DNA of 64,000 nt, taken from NCBI GenBank assembly GCA_963733195.1, contig CAVTCR010000010.1:1-64000 (forward strand), read 5' to 3'. This document shows positions 56,795 through 64,000 of this stretch, piece after piece (the stretch's first letter is position 1; every line of letters starts with the position of its first letter). The DNA is from an uncultured delta proteobacterium (lineage in GTDB: Bacteria > Desulfobacterota > Binatia > Bin18). Position numbers and translations under genes: made by a program. Below the pieces are notes generated by a model that saw nothing but the letters and a program-made list of their open reading frames with translations, was not told where the DNA came from and did not search any database.

Positions 56795-57136
56795 ATGCAG
56801 AGAGAACAGTACGGAGCTCTTATGAATCTGGAATTGCTTGAGGATGAACTGCAAGCGGTAACGCAGGCAGGGGCATATAAGTCCAAGGAAGAAGCGATTG
56901 GGCACGCGCTGGAGGTGCTGCTCGCCGCGAATCCGCAATTACGGTTGAATACAGCAATCGAACTGTATCGTCAGGAGAAAGTCACACTCTCCCGTGCGGC
57001 GGAGATCGCTGGGCTCGAATGGGACGCCTTCAAAGAAAAACTGAGGGAACGCGGTATAGAGGTAATGGTAGATGAATCACTAGACGATGTTCAGGCCGGA
57101 GCTGCACTCATTCGTCGTCTGCGTGACGCCTCATGA
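56795..57136 (+). CDS. UPF0175-family antitoxin-like protein
   Basis: AIELYRQEKVTLSRAAEIAGL...F...L.ERGI. Confidence 0.8.
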   Translation: MQREQYGALMNLELLEDELQAVTQAGAYKSKEEAIGHALEVLLAANPQLRLNTAIELYRQEKVTLSRAAEIAGLEWDAFKEKLRERGIEVMVDESLDDVQAGAALIRRLRDAS

Positions 57137-57638
57137 TACTTCGCTGACACCGATATCCTGTCTGCATTGGCAAAAGTCGGCCGCCTTTCTTTGCTTTTCT
57201 GCTCTCTTCTCGCGTGCCACGATTACAAATTGTCCCGGGTGTCTTCAAGGAAATCTCTCACAGTGTCACGCTAAGACGATCCTACGCGACGGAAATCCTT
57301 TCCCTGATTTCTAGCGCGCAAATTGAAGTGCTTTCCTTGAGCCAGGATGAAACAACTCTTTTGTAATACACTACCTTCTTCCTTGGGCGCAGGAGAGCGT
57401 GAGAGTATTGCGATTGCACGAGAACGAAAAGGAACCCTGCTCTCGAATGAATCACGTGTTGCTCACTACTGCCGACAGTATCAAATGCCCTGCATCCGCC
57501 TTCCGGACATCCTTCGGCTCTTTCTGGATCGAAGGCATTACTTCCAAGGATGAAGTTCAGGCCATTATCGTCGATTTGCAGAGCAAAGATAAGATGCAGT
57601 TTAAGCGATCCACCCTTGACGCAATTTTTGCCGACTAG
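57133..57638 (+). CDS. PIN-domain (DUF3368-like) toxin, frameshifted
   Basis: ADTDILSALAK start, LGAGERESIAIA, LLSNE motifs across frames; coupled to the UPF0175 gene. Confidence 0.7.
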
Positions 57639-57952
57639 CAGGCTTCCTTAGCTCGTTTACTTCCGAGAGGCGTATGCAGGGAAATTTCGCGTCGTCTACG
57701 CGCTCCCTGCCTTTCAGAAGAAATCCTGGTATCACGGGCACGTAGCAAAGATACAGTTTGTTAATGCGTTTGATGAGAGTCTAGAGTGAAGACTCCCGAT
57801 TCGATTCTAGAGAGCGACTAAAGACATGGCGAAAGTTTTACCATCAAGTTCGTCGTAACGTACGGATTGATTGCTGGAGAACGGCCATTACTGAGAGAAG
57901 GTTGGTTCTGATCTATTCCCTTCCATCTGCTCTCCCGACCACACAACATTTA

Positions 57953-58140
57953 TCAACGGAGGAAGTGCACTCGCATACCATCCCTCTTATGAATCGGTTC
58001 AGCAAACGTCTGCTTATCGACAATACAGTGGTGCGGATCGTATACGATATATAGTACCCGCCGCTGGTTATCCCCGTATTTCGTGATGTCAGCGGCAATA
58101 GCTTCAGTAATCGGATGAATGTCCGCTTTCTTTCTTATGT
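57953..58140 (-). pseudogene. C-terminal fragment resembling a PD-(D/E)XK restriction-endonuclease-like domain
   Basis: EAIAADITKY...LYIVYDP pattern; no N-terminal catalytic part visible. Confidence 0.4.
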
Positions 58141-58883
58141 GATATCCAACCAAGGTTTTTCGCTTTCCGACATCCAACGTGTTGATCGATCATAGAAGCG
58201 CTTTAGCATTACAGCGCTGCGCCCTCCAGATTTTGTCTCTTCAATCCATAACTGAACATAGTAGGGATATCCTTGCGTATCTTTCCACGCTCGATCCTTC
58301 TCTTCCTGCTCGGTAACTCCGTGTGTCTCTACCAGTTGATCCATTTCTTGCCGACTTAAAGGCTCTAGAATAATGCTTTCTAGTAATGAACTCTTGAGGT
58401 GCTGATCCCATCCTGGGTGTGTTGCAAACAATTGATCGCGTCCAAGGATGACCATTACGGTCTCGAAGTCTACTGTTTGTAATGTTGGCAAGAGGTACTC
58501 AACGAGAAACGTTGCCAAAGATGAAGCTAGTGCCTCAAAGTCATCAAGAATAATGAGTAGGCGATCTATTCCCTGTATTTTGCGATGTCTTGGCTTCCAC
58601 CAATCGTCTCCTTGATAACGAGACAGAATTGCGGAGAAGTCTGCCTTCATTGCTTCAGCCAACGAGCGGCAAGCATTCTCCTTGACCGCATTTCGCAGTG
58701 CAGTTCCATTAAAATCTGGGAAAATACCGCCAAGCCACAGTGACTCTTTACGAAGACTCTGTAACTTCGGGAGTGTCTCTTCGATGATTGGTCGATATTT
58801 CTCAAACTTACGAGCTTCTATATATTTCTTCGTTACGGGAAACCCTTCATTCACAGCTTTCCCAAAGCTAATGATACTATCTA

Positions 58884-60596
58884 GAGCGTGTCGCAGAATT
58901 CCCTGGGCTCTACTCCTGGGGTTTTAGGCTCTCTCGATGACTTTTTTCCGTTGGCTCATGTGCAGCCTTCGTGCTGACCCACCCCAGCTTCCCTTGGCTC
59001 TGAGCCTAATGGCAGCGAAGGCGACGAGTGAGCGCACAGAGCTCGGAGCTACGCCTTCCCGTTGAGTGCCGCGTTCGTCTTTCAGGCTCGCGTCAAGCTT
59101 GCCGATTTGGTTTGTTTCACCACATCCCTCATCAGTGTGTTCAAATTCACTGACACGATGGCCCGCTGGCCAGCCGCGTCCTGCGTTTCTACGCAGCGCT
59201 CCTGCCGATGACTGAAGCCGTATTTGCGGCTCTTGAGGCGGCCGATGCTGCCTTCGGTCTTGCCCCGTTCGCTTTTGACAACTCCTTGATCCTTCTCCCC
59301 CACCAACCAGGTCCCCTGGCCACGCGGGGGGATCCCGACCTTCTTGACCCCGGTTTGTTGTAGCTTCGCGGCCGCAGCTCTCAGACTCGCTCCGCGATCG
59401 TAGACCACCATTGCCGGAGTCGCCTTTGCTCCGAACACGTAGCGATACTCCTTCACCCCTTCCTCTGGCATCGTGTTTTCGTCGGCGCGCGCTGCGACAC
59501 GTCGCCCAAAGAGATAGCCTCCGGCGAGGCGATTGAGCAGCCACTTCATCCCAAACTTCACCTTGCCCGCGCCTTGTGGTAATCGCCCGCGCCGCCGTGA
59601 TGCCGGGGTGAAGGATCTTCTCGGTGGCGACTCGCCCCGTCGTCATCCACTGCTTGATCTGCGGGAGTAACGTTCGGGCGACCCTCTCCCATCCGTTTCA
59701 AGGTGGCGGCGGCACGCTGTTTGACTTGTCCCCAGCGTGGGCTCAGCTGCGCGCTTACTACCTGTGTCAGCTTGAGCAGGACTTCGCTCTGCTCGACGAT
59801 CTCGTCGAGCAACTTTGTTTTCTCGGCTCTCGTTTTGGCAAACAGATGATGCTGTTTGACGCTCCGGTAGACCTCCTTGGCCTGCTGGATTCCCGCTTCT
59901 GCCGCCTGCACGCCACAGGCTTTGAGCTTCTTCAACGCCCGCTCGATTCGCTCGGCCAGGCCTTTCAAAATCCCGGGCTCGTGCGGATACCCAATCGCGG
60001 GTTCCTGTACCGTCGTGTCCGAAGAGAGCGTCTTGCCATTGGTAAACTGCAACTTTGCCGCAGTCTGGATGACCAGCGCGTTGACGGCAGCCTTGCCCTC
60101 CGCCCCCAACGCCGCTTCGGCCCGTGCAATACTTGAGTGATCGCGGATCTGTTTCAGCTCTCCGTCCTTCAGCGCGAGAAATCGCCGGGCCACCACGCTC
60201 TCGCTGATGTAGTCCTCCATCTGTCGTGCGTGATACGCCTTCACCCACATCAAGACCAACAAGGGCACATACAAAGACACCGGCCACGGCCGCCCGGACC
60301 CGCCGTCGACATTTTTGCCCGCCGTGCGCCAATACGTGATCATCCCTTCGGTGAGGGCTGCCCAATCCAGTACCTGCTTCAGGCGCAGCACGGGATGCTC
60401 GTCCCCCACAAAGATCGAGACCCATTCGCCGTTCCCTGCTGGCGCACCACCGCCCGCCAGCGTAGACTCGCGGTGTTCTCTCATGACATCCTCCTGTCCT
60501 CATCACACAGGCCATGTCATCGAGAAGCGGAGAGCTTTTCAACCCCTAACGTGTTGAGAAGCTCTCAATTTTTCGGTCCATTTCTGCGACACGCTC
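58884..60596 (-). mobile_element. IS5-family insertion sequence
   Basis: 15-bp perfect TIRs GAGCGTGTCGCAGAA / TTCTGCGACACGCTC, with 6-bp direct repeat TATCTA at 58878-58883 and 60597-60602. Confidence 0.9.
59082..60484 (-). CDS. IS5-family transposase (frameshifted)
   Basis: SDTTVQEPAIGYP, GKVKFGMK, YDRG, RGKTEGSIGRLK DDE-type motifs. Confidence 0.82.
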
Positions 60597-61154
60597 TATC
60601 TAGCAATTGTGAAACCGTTTCTCGTAAATCATCGTTAATAGAATCTTGGTTTTGAAACTCAGCAACAACTTTCGCTTTCACTTCATCAATAACTTTCAGT
60701 ACCGCGTGGACATTGGGGAAATAGTAACCTGGTGGGTGGGCACGAAGTGCGGAAGCCTCAGCACTATCAACAAGTCGAACAACATCGCGCGCAAGAGTGC
60801 GTGACATAAGGTCATTCCCATCGAGCTTGAGAACAAGGTACCTACATGCTGAAATGTCTGTTTGCTCGCACACGTGATCAAAAAGGTAGGTTTTTCCAAT
60901 ACCGCCGGACCCTTCTATACTGAGGATAGTGAGTTTTCTGCCGGCTTTTTCCCTTCCCTGTAAGACCGCAGAGCTATCTTCTCACTATCCTGCGAACGTC
61001 CAACAAACCGGTCTGCTGCCACTTCGCTTACCTCGACTTCTTACCGAGTTTACTTTGACTCTTCTTCAAGCTTATGACACCCGGTTTATTTTCGCCAAAT
61101 GGGACCTTAACCAGATAGAGCCTACTTGCTGCTGCATTTCAGTTGTTCTGGGCA

Positions 61155-61545
61155 TCACAACCTATCAAAGTATCCTTTGATCTTTGCTGCCATAAGATTT
61201 CGGCGCAGTTCAAGGAACTCGTCGTATTGCCCTGCCAGCGGACCAAACATTTCAGTTGCGAGGCAATGTTCTTGAAGATTCGCTTTCAACTCCCCCAGAT
61301 CGGTAATACCGCCATACTTCCTTTTCCCGCCGTAGCACTGCTCCATCGGCTCTGCGAAGTAGCCAGCAGGAGCTTCGTCACCAATAACGATATTGATCTC
61401 GCTCTGTGTTACGGCGTAGTTGGCAATCTGGTCGTAGGCCTCGGCTCAGTCCTTGTCCCTTAAGGTAATTACGAGGAAACACATGGTGTACATCGCTGCG
61501 GTTCAGGATGAAGTCTTGCATGGTGATGTTCTTGTGACAGAAAGT
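61155..61545 (-). pseudogene. C-terminal fragment of a GmrSD/DUF262-type restriction endonuclease
   Basis: Manual reading: [54 protein letters not shown]; N-terminal part absent. Confidence 0.65.
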
Positions 61546-61631
61546 GTAAGAAAATGGTTGTCAGTGTTTGTTGTTCCGCATTCCCCAGTCAAAATTCATC
61601 ATTCTCCATTCACTGCAAACGTCTTCCCTCC

Positions 61632-62927
61632 TCACTTGCCGCGCTGCATCAAGGCCCCAGTATTAAACTGATAGTCTGACAGACCAACGCCAAACCGTAG
61701 CGGTTGTCCCTTCTTCATCGGTAACTCTAGGGTTGCGCGACTTAGCAGTTCGTCTACGGACAGGGTCAGATCGGGCTGAACAAGGGAAAGATCACCCTCT
61801 GGGGTTCGTGCAACCGTCACAGAATTCAGCAACACTCGCCAGAGCTGACCCGCACGGTTATATGCCTCTTTGTAATAGGCCGTATACAATTCACGATCGA
61901 TCCACAGCACCTGACGCCCATAGGCATACTTGGGGTCTTTGGCTGTTGCCTCGATCACCCAGACGGGTCGCTTCACGAGCTGAATAGTGGTTGGCCACCA
62001 CGCCTTCCCTTTCCACCCCTCTTTCTCCCAACCCATGATGAGGAGATCCTTTTGCTCCTCTAAGCCATAGCCCTTACTCTCACGCTTTAGGAGCTTCGGC
62101 TCGGGTGAGTTATACGGAACGAGCGCGTCCTGAGCGCCCACTAACTTCCAGGTAAAATATTGCACCTTGCCAGAGAAAAGGTATGGGTCATCGTATGCGA
62201 GATCCGAACCAAAAAGATTATCCGAACCGTTCGCCGGAGGCAGTTGCCGTACCCGTCGCAGTTCTGGAGCATACATCCACAGGGAGTTCCACCGCTGCGG
62301 ATCGAGATACACCCATTCCAGAATCATCACGCCGTCGACCTCCGCCGGAGAAATCCCGGCGATAATCTCTTTGCGGAGTGTCATATCTGGGTTGGCAATG
62401 GGACCGGAAAAGCGCGAGCCATGAAACAACAACTGGGCCCGGAATTCAATGCGGTTTTGTCTCTCGGTTGGACCCACCCACTGGAGTGAACTGGACCGTT
62501 CGACATCGTCCGCCTGCATAAGCGTATAGGAAAAATTGTAGATCACCTTGGTCGCTGCTTGCGGATCTTTAGGGTCGATCTGCGGAAACGGATAACCATA
62601 AAGGAAGGGGGGAACGGTATTTGTCGCCTTAGCCGTTAACGAACCGGCAGCATCAACCGCGAACTTTCCAGCGTTGGCTTCGGTCGCAGACTTGAATTTA
62701 CTGCCCCAAGCCATCGTCGCTGGTAGGGTGGTAATCTTGGCTTGATAGCTCCCATCCTGAAAGCGGCGGAGAATTCCCTCTGGCAACAGACTCTTCGCTT
62801 GCTGCCAACTTTCTTGGTTCAGTGTGTCGCCAGGATTGAGATCTGCCACTGCGGCTTGGCAGTACGACAGACTCAGTACACAACTTGTTGTGACGACCCA
62901 CATCGCCAGCGTGAATGTCCTTCGCAT
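61632..62927 (-). CDS. DUF1329 family / lipoprotein-sorting-like periplasmic protein
   Basis: Signal peptide, GYPFPQIDPKDPQA, WMYAPELRRVR, YAYGRQVLWIDRE. Confidence 0.85.
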   Translation of the reverse strand: MRRTFTLAMWVVTTSCVLSLSYCQAAVADLNPGDTLNQESWQQAKSLLPEGILRRFQDGSYQAKITTLPATMAWGSKFKSATEANAGKFAVDAAGSLTAKATNTVPPFLYGYPFPQIDPKDPQAATKVIYNFSYTLMQADDVERSSSLQWVGPTERQNRIEFRAQLLFHGSRFSGPIANPDMTLRKEIIAGISPAEVDGVMILEWVYLDPQRWNSLWMYAPELRRVRQLPPANGSDNLFGSDLAYDDPYLFSGKVQYFTWKLVGAQDALVPYNSPEPKLLKRESKGYGLEEQKDLLIMGWEKEGWKGKAWWPTTIQLVKRPVWVIEATAKDPKYAYGRQVLWIDRELYTAYYKEAYNRAGQLWRVLLNSVTVARTPEGDLSLVQPDLTLSVDELLSRATLELPMKKGQPLRFGVGLSDYQFNTGALMQRGK

Positions 62928-64000
62928 TACGATTGTTCCTTTCTTTGATTCCCTGATGATCGTTGCAGAGTATACTGAAGACGGTCAAGGAGTGTGGTCG
63001 AAAGATTAAAAAAGATGCGTGCAGCAATGCGCGGGTAGCGCCACACACGAGTGCGAAAGCGCTCGTCCATAGCTAAGACCTCGACATCCTCTAAGCGCGA
63101 CCACTTCAGACACACGTTCGTCATTGCCGTTGCGCATCAGGCTGGTGACGCCGAACACATCTCCCCGGCGCAACTCCCACAAAGTACGGGATTGACCTGC
63201 CGTGTTGACTCGTGCCTCGGCGTGCCCACTAATCATGACAAACATTTCCTTGGTCTCTTCTCCAGGACGCACAATCACTTGGCCACTCGGGAAAGATTTG
63301 AGCTCGCCCATCAAGGCCACGATCTTGGCTTGTGAGGGACGCAGGTTGGCGAACAACCCAATCGTCTTGTGTGGGTCCTTGCCAAGTTTGACATACAAAA
63401 GGTCCCACAAGGTAATAATCGGCGTCGTTGCTAACAGAGCAGGGAGGAGCATAATCTCTCCCAATCAGCCCGACGAGTATGGTCGTCGCCGAAAGAAAGC
63501 CAAATTCACGAATCGGCACAAAAGTAGAGAAACTGAGGGTAAAAAAGCCAAGGAAGAGCACCAAAGAGGCGTAAAGTGCGGGCTTTCCGACCGTTGACAG
63601 TGTCTCAAGCAAGGCCTGCTCTTGGTCGGTGGTCGTCCGAATCGCGCGACTCAATCGCATCATAATGTGAATGGTGTCATCTACAGCAACTCCGAAAGCG
63701 ATGGAAGCAATGATGTTGGTACCAAAGTTGAGTTCTGCACCGGTGAGGCCCATAAGACCGAAGAACACAAAGAGGGGAAAAACATTCGGGACCATGGCAA
63801 TCAGTCCAACACGGATAGAGAGAAACATGGTCGCCATAAGGACGAAGATGACACCCGCGGTCAGCGCCAAACTCTGAATCTGGCCGTTGACAATATCACC
63901 AGTTGTGCGAGTCAGGAGTACCAGATTCCCAGTCGGGCGGACCGACAGTTCAGGGGGAAAATGTCCACGAGCGAAAGTTTCGATTCGCTCCACAAGAGTA
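62927..64000 (-). CDS. MMPL/RND-family transporter with C-terminal cyclic-nucleotide-binding domain (partial, frameshifted)
   Basis: GLIAMVPN, IASIAFGVAVDDTIH, F.PIREFG; then GQVIVRPGE..EMFVMISG, GDVFG cNMP motifs. Confidence 0.82.

Larger units (their letters stand above)
58135..61022 (-). pseudogene. STAND/AAA-type ATP-binding protein interrupted by IS5
   Basis: GTG start 61022, FVGR, Walker A GSGGIGKT (~60890-60915), Walker B LLIILDDFE, TQGYPYYV; reading rejoins as QLLD/SIISFG across the IS. Confidence 0.78.

Overview
Bacterial chromosomal window of moderately high GC. The gene content suggests a Deltaproteobacteria/Candidatus Binatia-like organism (inference). Many single-base indels break even housekeeping genes, so most frameshifts are probably long-read assembly errors. 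Core blocks: rpoD, type II pantothenate kinase, ArgA-like acetyltransferase, AddAB-like helicase/nuclease, tatBC, HDAC, PBP1A, purC, ftsH and CoA-transferases. Four accessory parts stand out. (1) Three large STAND-type AAA-ATPase/TPR regulators carry in-frame short tandem repeats. (2) An integron-style gene cassette (Tat-exported cytokinin-dehydrogenase-like FAD oxidase with an attC-like site) sits next to a 92-bp duplicated nitroreductase start, with no integrase in view. (3) A ~13-kb island (27.3-39.5 kb) encodes secreted hydrolases. Three of its transcription units share a triple 11-bp-phased CCCACAAC repeat followed by an AAC-N17/18-C(G/A)TC motif, two unrelated enzymes carry the same 97-aa leader, and the island faces an atypical ECF-like sigma factor and a wHTH-STAND regulator. 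This is the best candidate for an undescribed system. (4) A decayed TA/defence islet contains an IS5-family insertion. IS630, IS4 and IS5 elements and several REP-like repeats are also present. No rRNA, tRNA or CRISPR array was recognised.
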